A stretch of DNA of 60,668 nucleotides from Parcubacteria group bacterium GW2011_GWC1_45_14 (GCA_001001345.1 LCKI01000002.1:1-60668), one strand, 5' to 3'. Numbered from the stretch's first letter, positions 34,782 to 44,676 are shown. Numbers and translations are program-made. Notes: generated by a model from the sequence alone, not told the origin.

Positions 34782-35402
34782 ATGGCACGAAAATTATTTT
34801 TGGATATAGAGACTATCCCGGCCGGGGAAGAGAGTATGGAGAAATTGAAAACTCTTTTTGAAAAGAAAGGAAAAGAGGGGGAGTCGTTTGAGGATTTCAT
34901 CGCCAAGACGTCTTTTGATGGGACGTTCGGCAGGATTCTTTGTATCGGTTACGCGGTAGACGATCAGGCTAGCGACGTTTTTTATAATGAAAACAATGAG
35001 AAAGAAACACTCAGGCAGTTTTGGGATTTGGCCAGGACTTGCGGATTGTTTGTCGGGCACAACGTGATGGACTTTGATTTGCGCTTCATCTATCAGCGTT
35101 CGATGGTCTTGGGCGTGAGGCCTTCTGTGGATTTGAATTTTGCCAGGTACAGGAATTTTCCTATTTTCGACACGATGAGGGAGTGGACCAAGTGGTCGAT
35201 GGGTAATGTCGGTCTCGAAGCGCTGGCGTTCGCGCTTGACATCCCTTCCCCGAAAGGAGAGGGAATCGACGGTTCACAGGTTTACGCATTCTACAAAAAC
35301 GGAAAAATAAAAGACATTTTGGAGTATTGCAAAAGGGATGTGGATACGACCCGCGAGGTGTATAAGAAGATGACATTCCAGAACCAACCCACCTTATTTT
35401 GA
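34782..35402 (+). CDS. DEDDy 3'-5' exonuclease (PolB-exonuclease-like stand-alone domain)
   Basis: FLDIETIP (ExoI), GHNVMDFDLRFI (ExoII), YCKRDVDTTREVY (ExoIII). Confidence 0.75.
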   Translation: MARKLFLDIETIPAGEESMEKLKTLFEKKGKEGESFEDFIAKTSFDGTFGRILCIGYAVDDQASDVFYNENNEKETLRQFWDLARTCGLFVGHNVMDFDLRFIYQRSMVLGVRPSVDLNFARYRNFPIFDTMREWTKWSMGNVGLEALAFALDIPSPKGEGIDGSQVYAFYKNGKIKDILEYCKRDVDTTREVYKKMTFQNQPTLF

Positions 35403-35405
35403 AGC

Positions 35406-35500
35406 CACTACGAATTACGAATTTTACGAAACTACGAATGGATTCATACAGTTTGTGAAATCACGGGTTCGTACATTCGTAAAATTCGTAATTCGTAGAG
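35406..35500 (+). repeat. tacgaat-heptad inverted-repeat element, copy B1
   Basis: cactacgaattacgaattttacgaaactacgaa...ttcgtacattcgtaaaattcgtaattcgtagag. The arms pair at 29/31 positions. It starts 4 nt after the upstream stop and ends 7 nt before the next ATG. Confidence 0.9.
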
Positions 35501-35507
35501 AAAAACT

Positions 35508-35795
35508 ATGGAAGGAAAAATAAAATGCATCACCAAGGGTGTCAGTGAACTGAACATGGAAATCAAAAAGAAAGTCGCGGGTTATATCACTGCAGGTTTC
35601 GGAGTGGTCGCCGGGCTCGCCTGGAATGACGCTATCAGGACTTTCATTGAGAAATATTTTCCCCAAGATTCCAATACGATCGTGGCTAAATTCATCTATG
35701 CTTTCTTCATAACCCTTTTCCTGGTAATCGTCTCCATTTACCTAGTCAGGCTTTTGCGCGTTGAGGAAATCAAAAAAGAAAAGGAACAGGAATAG
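35508..35795 (+). CDS. small membrane protein (DUF5654-like)
   Basis: GYITAGFGVVAGLAWNDAIRTFIEKYFP plus a second TM segment. Confidence 0.65.
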   Translation: MEGKIKCITKGVSELNMEIKKKVAGYITAGFGVVAGLAWNDAIRTFIEKYFPQDSNTIVAKFIYAFFITLFLVIVSIYLVRLLRVEEIKKEKEQE

Positions 35796-35825
35796 GATTA
35801 TCAGTGCGGTGGATAAAATTTTTTC

Positions 35826-35851
35826 AAAAACCCCGGCAAGCCGGGTTTTTT
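35826..35851 (+). terminator. intrinsic terminator
   Basis: aaaaa-cccgg-caag-ccggg-tttttt. Confidence 0.8.
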
Positions 35852-35928
35852 GATATAAAGGCATGGAAGTATTGTAATAACAATATAAACTTTGATATTG
35901 AATTTATGGAAAAGGGAGGTGGAAAAAC

Positions 35929-36135
35929 ATGAAAAATCTAAACGTATTGGATTGGATCACGCTGATCCTTGTTATCATAGGAGGAGTCAATTGGGGCCTG
36001 GTCGGTTTTTTCAATTTTGATTTGGTCGCGACTATTTTCGGTAACATGACTTTGATTTCCAGGGTGATATACGGTTTGGTCGGGCTTTCATCGTTGTACT
36101 TGCTGTTCATGTTGGGAAGTTTTTCCAAGAAATGA
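35929..36135 (+). CDS. DUF378-family small membrane protein
   Basis: LDWITLILVIIGGVNWGLVGFFNFDLV is the DUF378 signature. gggaggtgg SD upstream. Confidence 0.8.
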   Translation: MKNLNVLDWITLILVIIGGVNWGLVGFFNFDLVATIFGNMTLISRVIYGLVGLSSLYLLFMLGSFSKK

Positions 36136-36173
36136 TCCCCGTGGCGGTCACATAGGGCTCGAACCAAAAAAAA

Positions 36174-36208
36174 GAGACTCCCGGAAGGGAGCCTCTTTTG
36201 ATTTTTTT
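36174..36208. terminator. bidirectional terminator between the DUF378 gene and rpmB
   Basis: A8, then gagactccc-ggaa-gggagcctc, then a T-rich run. Confidence 0.7.
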
Positions 36209-36231
36209 GCGGATCTAATTTCAGCCGGGAT

Positions 36232-36399
36232 TTATTTGGATTCGGTCTTGAGGCACTTGGTACAAACCTTCGTCCTTTTGCCGTCGACTTTCTTTGACTG
36301 CAAATTTATTTGGAACTTTCTTCTCGATGCGATGTTGGAATGGCTCCTGGAGTTTCCGGTAGTCGTTCCTCTTTTGCATACGTCACATACTCTGCTCAT
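36232..36399 (-). CDS. rpmB: 50S ribosomal protein L28
   Basis: MSRVCDVCKRGTTTGNSRSHSNIASRRKFQINLQ is the canonical L28 N-terminus. The ORF track extends to 36435. Confidence 0.88.
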   Translation of the reverse strand: MSRVCDVCKRGTTTGNSRSHSNIASRRKFQINLQSKKVDGKRTKVCTKCLKTESK

Positions 36400-36409
36400 C
36401 TTAGTATAT

Positions 36410-36486
36410 ATCATGGAGCATGGAGCATAGAGCAAACCGGACCGCTTGAAGGTCCATGTTTAATGTTCCATGTTCTATGTTCTATG
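36410..36486. repeat. heptad (catggag / ctatgtt) inverted repeat
   Basis: catggagcatggagcatagagc...tccatgtttaatgttccatgttctatgttctatgg. Confidence 0.6.
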
Positions 36487-36666
36487 GCTGTTGATTTGTT
36501 ACAGGTTTTATATTATCATAAGAAATGAGTTTTGGCAAGAGTTGTTGGATGTAGTGCTAATAATGCGAATAAACGTCAATCTGCTAATTGCTAATTTACA
36601 AATTTACGCGATCCATTTCGCGTTTTGTGGATTAGTATCTAATTGGTCGATCAGCATGGTATTTTT

Positions 36667-37368
36667 ATGGCAAATGAAATAGTCCTCATCGCTTTCTACT
36701 TCGTAATACTCCTGTATTCGATCATAATCCACGAAGTCGCCCACGGATACGTGGCGCTTCGTCTCGGGGACCTTACGGCGAAATATGCCGGAAGGCTCAA
36801 TCTTAATCCGATAAAGCATATCGATCCCTGGGGTTCGATCGCGATTCCTTTTTTGATGCTTTTCTTGACCGGTTTCCGGTTCGCTTTCGGTTGGGCCAAG
36901 CCCGTACCATACAACCCATATAACCTGACGAATCAAAAATGGGGACCAGCGCTAGTCGCTGCCGGAGGCCCAGGGTCCAACATCGCTATAGCTCTCATAG
37001 CCGCGCTGTTGGGGCGGGTTATCACACTCCCATCCACCTTGAAGGTAGATATAATCGCTTCGGTCAAGATGGCTGACTGGTCAGGGTTGGCTGAAGTCAT
37101 CTCGGGTTCGTTCGGAGCTATATTTTTCGTGATTTTGGCTATGATGATCTTTTGGAACGTGATTTTGGCTTTTTTCAATCTTATTCCTATCCCGCCATTG
37201 GACGGATCGAAGCTTCTTTTTTCAGTGCTTCCGATTAAAACTGAAACTATGATTCTCTTGGAACAGTTCGGTTTCATGCTACTTCTTTTTGTGATCTTTT
37301 TTTTGGCCGTGCCACTGGGGAATTTCCTGAATCTTATGCTCAATCTTTTTTTCAGCATAACCCTGTAA
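36667..37368 (+). CDS. site-2 protease family (M50) membrane metalloprotease
   Basis: IIIHEVAHGYVALRLGD (HExxH), NLIPIPPLDGSK (the LDG motif), polytopic. Confidence 0.88.
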   Translation: MANEIVLIAFYFVILLYSIIIHEVAHGYVALRLGDLTAKYAGRLNLNPIKHIDPWGSIAIPFLMLFLTGFRFAFGWAKPVPYNPYNLTNQKWGPALVAAGGPGSNIAIALIAALLGRVITLPSTLKVDIIASVKMADWSGLAEVISGSFGAIFFVILAMMIFWNVILAFFNLIPIPPLDGSKLLFSVLPIKTETMILLEQFGFMLLLFVIFFLAVPLGNFLNLMLNLFFSITL

Positions 37369-37408
37369 TGGGGCCGTCGGAGCTCGGATTGGACAAAAAC
37401 CTTCAATA

Positions 37409-37437
37409 TTGACAGTATTTGGAAAGTTGTGTACTAT
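37409..37437 (+). promoter_or_regulatory. near-consensus promoter about 250 nt upstream of rpsL
   Basis: TTGACA (37409-37414), 17 nt, TACTAT (37432-37437). Confidence 0.5.
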
Positions 37438-37648
37438 TATTTTGCTGTACGAAAGGCGGTTTTCACAAGGAGTTGCTGGAAATCGCAAGCAGTGTTTTTT
37501 GTTAGTTTCCGCATACTTGCGGTCAATAGCGGGAAGCGAGTTGCAAGGAGCGTAAGAAATTAATTATATATGGAATCAAAGGTTTCGATTTCCATGTTTT
37601 TACTTCCAGTCGATTTTCGGTGTTTGGGAATTCAACATTGGGATTTGA

Positions 37649-37682
37649 TTAGAAATTAGAAATTAGAAATTAGAAATTAGAG
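37649..37682 (+). repeat. tandem heptamer ttagaaa x4.8, ending 6 nt before the rpsL start
   Basis: ttagaaa ttagaaa ttagaaa ttagaaa ttagag. Confidence 0.9.
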
Positions 37683-37688
37683 TAAGTT

Positions 37689-38111
37689 ATGCCTACAATA
37701 AACCAGCTTGTTAAGAAGAACAGAACATCAGCCAAGAAGAAATCGAAGTCACCAGCCATGACCTATGTTTTCAATACCTTGAAAAACAAACCGAAGGACA
37801 CGAACAGTCCTTACAAGAGAGGAGTCTGCATCAAGGTTGGAACCACCACTCCTAAAAAGCCTAACTCCGCTCTTCGAAAGATTGCCAGGGTTAGACTTAC
37901 GAATGGAATGGAAGTCACTGCTTATATCCCAGGAGTCGGACACAACCTTCAGGAACACTCGATCGTCATGATCCGTGGAGGAAGAGTGAAAGATCTTCCG
38001 GGTGTTCGCTATCACATAGTCAGGGGAGTATTGGATGCCGCCGGAGTTGAAGGAAGAAACAGAGGAAGGAGCAAATACGGTGCCAAGAGACCTAAGGCAA
38101 AGACTGAATAA
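37689..38111 (+). CDS. rpsL: 30S ribosomal protein S12
   Basis: [33 protein letters not shown]. Confidence 0.97.
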   Translation: MPTINQLVKKNRTSAKKKSKSPAMTYVFNTLKNKPKDTNSPYKRGVCIKVGTTTPKKPNSALRKIARVRLTNGMEVTAYIPGVGHNLQEHSIVMIRGGRVKDLPGVRYHIVRGVLDAAGVEGRNRGRSKYGAKRPKAKTE

Positions 38112-38116
38112 TAATA

Positions 38117-38233
38117 AATTAAATATCAAAAATCAAAATTAAAAATTAAAGTATTCGCTTCGCTCATGACTTTTGAAAAAAAATGTTGCGAAGCAACACT
38201 ATAATTTTACATTTTGAGATTTAAATTTTGAAT
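38117..38233 (+). repeat. A/T heptad-rich spacer with a central GC hairpin (rpsL-rpsG)
   Basis: atcaaaa atcaaaa ttaaaaa..., the gcttcgc/gcgaagc stem (38157-38163 / 38188-38194), then ...ttttgag atttaaa ttttgaa. The arm pairing is only approximate. Confidence 0.45.
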
Positions 38234-38244
38234 TAACATATATT

Positions 38245-38712
38245 ATGGCAAGAAGAGCAAGAACATATGAAAAACACTGGAAGGCCGACTCGAGGTACGG
38301 CAATCTTTTGGTAGGACGTTTCATTGGACAGATAATGAACGACGGCAAAAGAAGCACGGCTGAAAAAGTCGTGTACGGAGCTTTCGATGTCATTCATGAA
38401 AGGACCAAAAAAGGCGGACTCAACGTCTTTGAACAGGCCATTAAGAATGTTTCCCCTCTTTTGGAACTCAAGTCCAAGAGGGTTGGTGGAGCCAATTACC
38501 AGGTTCCTGTCCAGGTTTTGGGAGAAAGAAGGCAAACATTGGCTGTGCGTTGGATCTTGGCAGCTTGCCAAAGCAAAAAAGGAAAAGGAATGGCTGAGAA
38601 ACTTGCTGACGAACTCATTGATGCTGCCAACAAGACCGGAGCCGCTATGAAGAAAAGGGAGGATGTCCACAGGATGGCTGACGCCAACAAGGCCTTCGCT
38701 CACTTCGCCTAA
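38245..38712 (+). CDS. rpsG: 30S ribosomal protein S7
   Basis: MARRARTYE..., GKRSTAEKVVY, ELKSKRVGGANYQVP. Confidence 0.96.
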   Translation: MARRARTYEKHWKADSRYGNLLVGRFIGQIMNDGKRSTAEKVVYGAFDVIHERTKKGGLNVFEQAIKNVSPLLELKSKRVGGANYQVPVQVLGERRQTLAVRWILAACQSKKGKGMAEKLADELIDAANKTGAAMKKREDVHRMADANKAFAHFA

Positions 38713-38848
38713 TTTTTGTTTTAAAAAAGTTTTTAATAAAATCAAATATTAGCAGTCAAAATAAAGATGCCTGTTATGCGGGCATCTTTTAAAAAATATA
38801 ACAGCTGATCGCTTGTAGTATATTTTGATTGTTAATCGAATCTCCTCT

Positions 38849-40936
38849 ATGCCGCGAAAGACATCAATCGACAAACTAAGAAACATCGGTATTATCGCCC
38901 ACATCGACGCCGGAAAGACGACGACCACGGAGCGTATTTTGTTTTATACCGGAATCAGCCATAAAATCGGAGAAGTTCACGAGGGTGAAGCTACGATGGA
39001 CTGGATGGAGCAGGAGAGGGAGCGCGGAATCACGATTACGTCCGCTGCTACCACTTGTATGTGGAAAGACCATCAGATCAATATTATCGATACTCCCGGA
39101 CACGTGGATTTCACGGTCGAGGTTGAGAGATCGCTTCGTGTTCTTGATGGAGGAGTTGTCGTTTTTGATGGAAAGGAAGGAGTGGAGCCTCAGTCTGAAA
39201 CCGTTTGGAGGCAGGCTGAAAAATATCACGTGCCAAGGATCTGTTTCATAAACAAGATCGACAAAGAGGGAGCTAATTTCGAGAACGCTCTTGCTTCTAT
39301 TTGGAACAGGCTTACTCCGAACGCCGTTGCGGTACAATTGCCGATCGGCGAAAGAGGTGAGTTTTCCGGAGTTATCGATTTGATGAAGATGAAGGCCTAT
39401 ACTTTCGACGGTCCCATGGGAGAAATCGTCATCGAAGGTGAGATTCCTGTCGATCTTTTGGACAAGGCTAAAGAGTGGAGAGAAAAGATGGTCGAGAAGA
39501 TAGCCGAATTCGATGACGCTCTTACTGAGAAATATTTGGGAGGAGAGGAAATAACCGTCGAGGAGCTTAAGGCTGTCCTTCGAAAAGGTGTTATTGAGAC
39601 TAGACTCATCCCTGTATTCACCGGTACTGCCCTTAGAAACAAGGGAGTTCAGTTGATTTTGGACGCCGTTCTTGATTATCTTCCGTCGCCGTTGGATATT
39701 CCTCCGGTAGTTGGAGTTAATCCAAAAGATGGAACCGAGCTTTTAAGGAGCGCTTCAGATGAAGAACCTTTCTCCGCATTGGCTTTCAAAGTAGCTACTG
39801 ATCCTTTCGTTGGACAGTTGACCTTTTTCCGTGTTTATTCCGGAACTCTTAAGGCTGGGTCATACGTTCTCAACGCCGCCAAGGGTGAAAAGGAAAGAAT
39901 CGGACGAATTTTGCAGATGCATGCTAATCATAGGGAAGAAATCCAGGATATCTATGCTGGAGGAATCGGAGCTTTGGTCGGAATGAAGAATACGACTACC
40001 GGAGACACCCTTTGCGATGAAGCAAAGCCGGTTATCTTGGAGGCCATCACTTTCCCGGAACCGGTTATAGACATCGCTGTCGAGCCTAAGACTAAGGCTG
40101 ACCAGGAAAAAATGGGAGCCGCCCTTCGAAAGCTTGCTCAGGAGGATCCGACTTTGAGACTGCGGACTGATGAGGAAAGCGGACAGACTATTATTTCCGG
40201 AATGGGAGAACTTCACTTGGATATCATCATCGACAGGATGAAGAGGGAATTCAAGGTCGAGGCTAATATCGGACAGCCACAGGTAGCATATCGCGAAACT
40301 ATCAAGAACTCTGCTGAGGCGGAAGGTAAATATATCAAGCAGTCCGGAGGACGTGGACAATACGGACATTGTTGGCTCAAGGTTGAACCCCAGGAGGAAG
40401 CCGGCAAAGGATTCGAATTCATTGACGCCATTAAAGGAGGAGTCATCCCTCAGGAATTCATTCCTGCTGTCGGTAAGGGCGCTAAGGAGGCTTCAGGCAA
40501 TGGTGTGGTCGCCGGATATCCGATGGTGGACATCAAGGCCACGCTCTATGACGGATCTTTCCATGAAGTCGATTCATCCGAAGCGGCCTTTAAAATCGCC
40601 GGATCAATGGCTTTCCAGGAGGCAGTCAAAAGAGCTAACCCAGTACTTCTCGAGCCTATCATGACAGTTCAGGTAACATGTCCTGAACAGTTCATGGGAG
40701 ATGTAGTAGGTGATGTGAACTCAAGAAGGGGAATGATCAAAGATATTAATGACCGCGGAGAGGGAAATGCCAGGGTTAAGGAGATCAATGCTGAAATCCC
40801 GTTGGCTTCCATGTTCGGGTATGCCACCCAGCTTCGCTCCATGACCCAGGGTAGAGCGAGTTATTCCATGGAGTTTGGACACTATAGCGAGGTGCCAAAG
40901 AACGTAGCGGAAACCATAGCAGCTAAGGGAAAATAA
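38849..40936 (+). CDS. fusA: elongation factor G
   Basis: [33 protein letters not shown]. The ORF track opens at a TTG at 38825; the ATG at 38849 gives [12 protein letters not shown]. Confidence 0.97.
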   Translation: MPRKTSIDKLRNIGIIAHIDAGKTTTTERILFYTGISHKIGEVHEGEATMDWMEQERERGITITSAATTCMWKDHQINIIDTPGHVDFTVEVERSLRVLDGGVVVFDGKEGVEPQSETVWRQAEKYHVPRICFINKIDKEGANFENALASIWNRLTPNAVAVQLPIGERGEFSGVIDLMKMKAYTFDGPMGEIVIEGEIPVDLLDKAKEWREKMVEKIAEFDDALTEKYLGGEEITVEELKAVLRKGVIETRLIPVFTGTALRNKGVQLILDAVLDYLPSPLDIPPVVGVNPKDGTELLRSASDEEPFSALAFKVATDPFVGQLTFFRVYSGTLKAGSYVLNAAKGEKERIGRILQMHANHREEIQDIYAGGIGALVGMKNTTTGDTLCDEAKPVILEAITFPEPVIDIAVEPKTKADQEKMGAALRKLAQEDPTLRLRTDEESGQTIISGMGELHLDIIIDRMKREFKVEANIGQPQVAYRETIKNSAEAEGKYIKQSGGRGQYGHCWLKVEPQEEAGKGFEFIDAIKGGVIPQEFIPAVGKGAKEASGNGVVAGYPMVDIKATLYDGSFHEVDSSEAAFKIAGSMAFQEAVKRANPVLLEPIMTVQVTCPEQFMGDVVGDVNSRRGMIKDINDRGEGNARVKEINAEIPLASMFGYATQLRSMTQGRASYSMEFGHYSEVPKNVAETIAAKGK

Positions 40937-40975
40937 AGGGTTTTCAGGGGCTTCGTAGGGAGCGGCATCGGACAC

Positions 40976-41003
40976 TTGACAATAAAAATATATCGTGTAA
41001 GAT
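40976..41003 (+). promoter_or_regulatory. possible internal promoter for tuf
   Basis: TTGACA (40976-40981), 16 nt, TAAGAT (40998-41003). Confidence 0.4.
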
Positions 41004-41153
41004 GACTAGGTGCTTAATTTCTGAAAAGAAAGCCTTAAATTTGCAAGAATTTTTATATTGTTTTATAATATAAAAATCGTTAAATAAGTAATAAATAAAA
41101 CCATTCGCGTTTCGCGGGGCCTTCCAGGCCCGCGGCAGATGTGAAAAACCAAT

Positions 41154-42347
41154 ATGGCAGCAGAACAATACGTACGAGCAAAGACTCACGTCAATGTGGG
41201 AACAATCGGACATGTCGACCACGGTAAGACTACCCTTACAGCGGCTCTTTTGCATGTGTTGAGTCTTAAAGGATTCGCAAAAGCAAGAAAAGTCGATGAA
41301 ATCGACAACGCTCCTGAAGAAAGGGAACGAGGAATTACTATCGCGACAGCTCACTGTGAATATGAATCTGATACGAGGCACTACGCTCACGTTGACTGCC
41401 CTGGACACGCCGACTACATCAAGAACATGATTACCGGTGCCGCTCAGATGGATGGAGCTATCATCGTGGTTAGCGCCACTGATGGTCCTATGCCACAGAC
41501 CCGCGAGCACATTCTTCTTGCAAGACAGGTAGGTGTGCCTCAGATCGTCGTTTTCATCAACAAAGTTGATATGGTTGATGATCCGGAGCTCGTTGAATTG
41601 GTTGAGGCTGAGGTAAGAGAGCTTCTTTCTAAATATGAATTCGACGGAGATAACGCCAAAGTTGTCCGTGGATCAGCCCTTAAGGCTCTTGAAGCCACAA
41701 GCGTTGAAGACGAAGCCGCTAAACCTATCCTTGACTTGGTTGCCGCTCTTGATGAGCAGATCCCAGAACCTGTCCGTGATATCGACAAGCCATTTTTGAT
41801 GCCTATAGAAGACATCTTCTCAATCGAAGGACGCGGAACTGTCGTTACTGGAAGAATCGAAAGAGGTGTGGTTAACGTCAATGGTGAAGTTGAAATCGTC
41901 GGGCTCAGGCCTACGGCTAAGACCGTGGTAACCGGAATCGAAATGTTCAACAAGCAGCTCGACAGAGGTCAGGCTGGAGACAATGCAGGACTTTTGATCA
42001 GAGGTATCAAGAAGGAGGACGTAGAAAGGGGTCAAGTTCTTGCAAAACCGGGATCAATCACTCCACACACTGAATTCGAAGGAGAAGTTTACATTTTGAC
42101 CAAGGAGGAAGGTGGAAGACACACTCCATTCTTCAAAGGATACAAACCACAGTTCTACATCAGAACTACCGATGTGACTGGAGAGGTTATCCTTCCTGAA
42201 GGAACTGAAATGGTTATGCCTGGAGATACGATCAAGCTTAACATCAAGCTTATCTCTCCTGTAGCTATGGAAGAAGGAATGAGATTCGCAATCCGCGAAG
42301 GAGGAAGGACTGTAGGAGCTGGTGTAACTACAAAAATCGTCAAATAA
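41154..42347 (+). CDS. tuf: elongation factor Tu
   Basis: [29 protein letters not shown]. Confidence 0.98.
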   Translation: MAAEQYVRAKTHVNVGTIGHVDHGKTTLTAALLHVLSLKGFAKARKVDEIDNAPEERERGITIATAHCEYESDTRHYAHVDCPGHADYIKNMITGAAQMDGAIIVVSATDGPMPQTREHILLARQVGVPQIVVFINKVDMVDDPELVELVEAEVRELLSKYEFDGDNAKVVRGSALKALEATSVEDEAAKPILDLVAALDEQIPEPVRDIDKPFLMPIEDIFSIEGRGTVVTGRIERGVVNVNGEVEIVGLRPTAKTVVTGIEMFNKQLDRGQAGDNAGLLIRGIKKEDVERGQVLAKPGSITPHTEFEGEVYILTKEEGGRHTPFFKGYKPQFYIRTTDVTGEVILPEGTEMVMPGDTIKLNIKLISPVAMEEGMRFAIREGGRTVGAGVTTKIVK

Positions 42348-42436
42348 TCTTGAGAGAACCCCGTGAGCATAAGAAAAAAAGCTTATGCTCACTAATGTTC
42401 ACTTAAACAAGTATAAATTAAATAATTTTGACACCG

Positions 42437-42769
42437 ATGGTAGCGAAAAAAACGGAAAAAGAACAATCTAGTCGAATAAGGATTAAGATTAAGGCATACG
42501 ACAATAAGGTTATCGACCAGTCAGCCCGAAAGATAGTGGAGACTGCAGAGAGAACCGGAGCGACCATAACCGGTCCAGTTCCGCTCCCGACCGAGATCCA
42601 CAAAGTGACTGTGAATAAGTCCACCTTCGTCCACAAGGACGCTAGGGATCAGTATGAAATGAGGGTCCACAAACGACTGATTGATATTCTCGAGCCCACT
42701 CCAAAAACGATCGAAAGCCTGACTAATCTTGATTTGCCGGCTGGAGTGGACATAGAGATAAAGATGTAA
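42437..42769 (+). CDS. rpsJ: 30S ribosomal protein S10
   Basis: [30 protein letters not shown]...PLPT. Confidence 0.95.
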   Translation: MVAKKTEKEQSSRIRIKIKAYDNKVIDQSARKIVETAERTGATITGPVPLPTEIHKVTVNKSTFVHKDARDQYEMRVHKRLIDILEPTPKTIESLTNLDLPAGVDIEIKM

Positions 42770-42810
42770 GTTTCTTGAAAGGGATATAGGGATTGTTGAA
42801 AATATAAGCA

Positions 42811-42911
42811 CTAGTTAAAGTCCCGTCGCTCACGAGCGACAGGATACTCAACTAGCCAGAAATTCGCTCTCGCAAAGAGAGCTTGGGAAACTGGCTTGTT
42901 GGCCAGTTTTT
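42811..42911 (+). promoter_or_regulatory. structured spacer ending in a terminator-like hairpin between rpsJ and rplC
   Basis: ctagtt/aactag encloses gtcgct-cacg-agcgac. Then gctctc-gcaaa-gagagc, then aaactggc-ttgttg-gccagttt plus TTT. Confidence 0.45.
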
Positions 42912-43000
42912 GTGCAAATTGGGAATCGGAATTATTTGTTGGGTATAATTAAGAATATCTGCCGACTAGGCGGATTAGAAAAGATTAGAAATCAAATCAT

Positions 43001-43564
43001 ATGGCAAAATTCATAATCGGAAAAAAATTGGGAATGACGACGATATATGACAAGGAAGCGGGAGCTTTGAACGTGACCTTGATCGAGTGCGAACCTAATA
43101 AGGTTTCCCACCTAAGGACAAGTGAGAAGGATGGATATGATGCGATTCAGTTGGAGGTTTCCAAGACAAAAAACAAGCTTTACAAGAAAGAGTTCAGGAT
43201 CGGAGAGGCTACCGAGGTCAAAGTCGGGGATGATATGACACTTGAAGGATTCGCTATCGGAGACAAGGTTAAGATCAGCGGAATTTCGAAAGCCAAGGGA
43301 TTCCAGGGTGTGGTCAAGAGGCACGGATTCAAAGGATCCCCTGCAACCCATGGTCACAAACATGATCATCGCGCCCCAGGTTCGATCGGTGCGCAGCAGC
43401 CGCAGCACGTTATCAAGGGAAAGAGGATGGCCGGAAGGATGGGAGGAAAAAGAGCCAGCTCACTGAATATAAAAATTGCCTATATCGACATGGAAAAGAA
43501 TATTCTCGGAGTAAAGGGAGCTGTTCCCGGAGTAGCCGGAAGGATAGTCGAGATAGTGGGATAA
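43001..43564 (+). CDS. rplC: 50S ribosomal protein L3
   Basis: GKKLGMTTIYD and KAKGFQGVVKRHGFKGSPATHG. Confidence 0.95.
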   Translation: MAKFIIGKKLGMTTIYDKEAGALNVTLIECEPNKVSHLRTSEKDGYDAIQLEVSKTKNKLYKKEFRIGEATEVKVGDDMTLEGFAIGDKVKISGISKAKGFQGVVKRHGFKGSPATHGHKHDHRAPGSIGAQQPQHVIKGKRMAGRMGGKRASSLNIKIAYIDMEKNILGVKGAVPGVAGRIVEIVG

Positions 43565-43620
43565 GAAGCAGTGGAGATAATAAAAGATAAATTCAGCGTA
43601 AATTAGGGAATAACAATATT

Positions 43621-44253
43621 ATGGCTAAGATTTCAGTTCACAATCTAGAAGGAAAAAAAGTAGAGGATATCGAATTGTCCGATTCGATTTTCGCATTGCC
43701 CTCAAATGACGACCTTTTGCACCAGGTTTATGTTGCTATTGCCGGAAACAGGAGAGTGGCGATCGCCCACACGAAGGACAGGTCTGAGAGATCGGGATCC
43801 GGGATCAAACCTTGGAGACAGAAAGGGACTGGAAACGCCAGAGTCGGAGAGAGAAGGAATCCTGTTTGGAGAAAAGGAGGAGTAGCTTTCGGACCTACGA
43901 AGGATAGGAATTTCAGCAAGGATGTGAACAAGAAGATGAAGCAGAAAGCGGTGCTCATCGCCCTTAGCGAGAAAATAAGAAAACAGGAATTGATAATCGT
44001 CAGTGATTTGAATATAAAAGAAAGGAAGACCAAGGAATTCGCAAAAGCGCTTGGCAGCCTTAAGCTTACGGGTAAGATTTTGGTCGGATTCGATGAGGCC
44101 GAGAAAGATATGAGGGCTTACTCAAGAAATATCGAGAGCGTGACGAATGTTTTTACGAGAAATTTGAACGTATTTGATTTATTGAACAACAAGACGTTGG
44201 TTTTGAGCAAGTCATCGATCAAGTACATCGAGGATAAGAATCAAGAAAAGTAA
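43621..44253 (+). CDS. rplD: 50S ribosomal protein L4
   Basis: RSGSGIKPWRQKGTGNARVG. Confidence 0.95.
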   Translation: MAKISVHNLEGKKVEDIELSDSIFALPSNDDLLHQVYVAIAGNRRVAIAHTKDRSERSGSGIKPWRQKGTGNARVGERRNPVWRKGGVAFGPTKDRNFSKDVNKKMKQKAVLIALSEKIRKQELIIVSDLNIKERKTKEFAKALGSLKLTGKILVGFDEAEKDMRAYSRNIESVTNVFTRNLNVFDLLNNKTLVLSKSSIKYIEDKNQEK

Positions 44254-44274
44254 TAATTTATAGACCCAAGAGAT

Positions 44275-44676
44275 ATGGCATTGTTTAGCAAAGAAAAAAT
44301 CGAAGAAGAAAAAGAAGAGAAGAAATCTTCCAAGAAAGATGACGCGGTCAAGACAAATAAGGCCAAGGTCGTTTTGAATACGAAAAATTCCGAAGTGGCA
44401 TATAGAGTGTTGGTTGAGCCATGGGTAACCGAAAAGACGCATTCGATGATGAGTGCTAACAAATACGTCTTCAAGGTAGCCAGCGGTGCGACGAAGACGG
44501 AAGTCAAAAGCGCTATCGAGGGGATTTATGGAGTGAAGGTGGAAAAAATTGCCGTTGTGAATATTTCATCCAAGGCCAAGTATTTCGGAAGGCACAAGGG
44601 ACTTAAGGCGGGATTCAAGAAGGCAATCCTAACATTGAAAAAAGGGGATTCAATAGAGTTGTTCCAGGGAGCATAA
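44275..44676 (+). CDS. rplW: 50S ribosomal protein L23 (with a charged N-terminal extension of about 35 aa)
   Basis: YRVLVEPWVTEKT...YVFKV....K.E.K.A.E..Y.VKV..V. Confidence 0.93.
   Translation: MALFSKEKIEEEKEEKKSSKKDDAVKTNKAKVVLNTKNSEVAYRVLVEPWVTEKTHSMMSANKYVFKVASGATKTEVKSAIEGIYGVKVEKIAVVNISSKAKYFGRHKGLKAGFKKAILTLKKGDSIELFQGA

Noticed and set aside
35400-35402. Alternative genetic code (UGA read as Gly or Trp), as in some candidate phyla.
   Set aside because: TGA terminates well-delimited genes here (the exonuclease at 35400-35402, the DUF378 gene at 36133-36135, secY at 53856-53858). Conserved genes show no in-frame TGA, so the standard code 11 fits.
36136-36165. The minus strand reads ggttcgagccctatgtgaccgcca, which resembles a tRNA T-loop plus acceptor 3' end. 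This could be a tRNA gene or an integration scar at the edge of the accessory block.
   Set aside because: The sequence 5' of it on that strand is the T-run of the terminator, not a tRNA body. There is no matching acceptor 5' strand, D-arm or anticodon arm within 90 nt, and no direct repeat of the segment elsewhere in the window. It is probably chance similarity, or at most a very old fragment.
37649-37682. I asked whether the many short tandem or inverted repeats (here and at 48259, 53872, 35406, 47243 and 51352) could be a CRISPR array.
   Set aside because: The units are 7 nt or arm-type inverted repeats. There are no 25-40-nt direct repeats separated by unique spacers of similar length, and no cas genes in the window.
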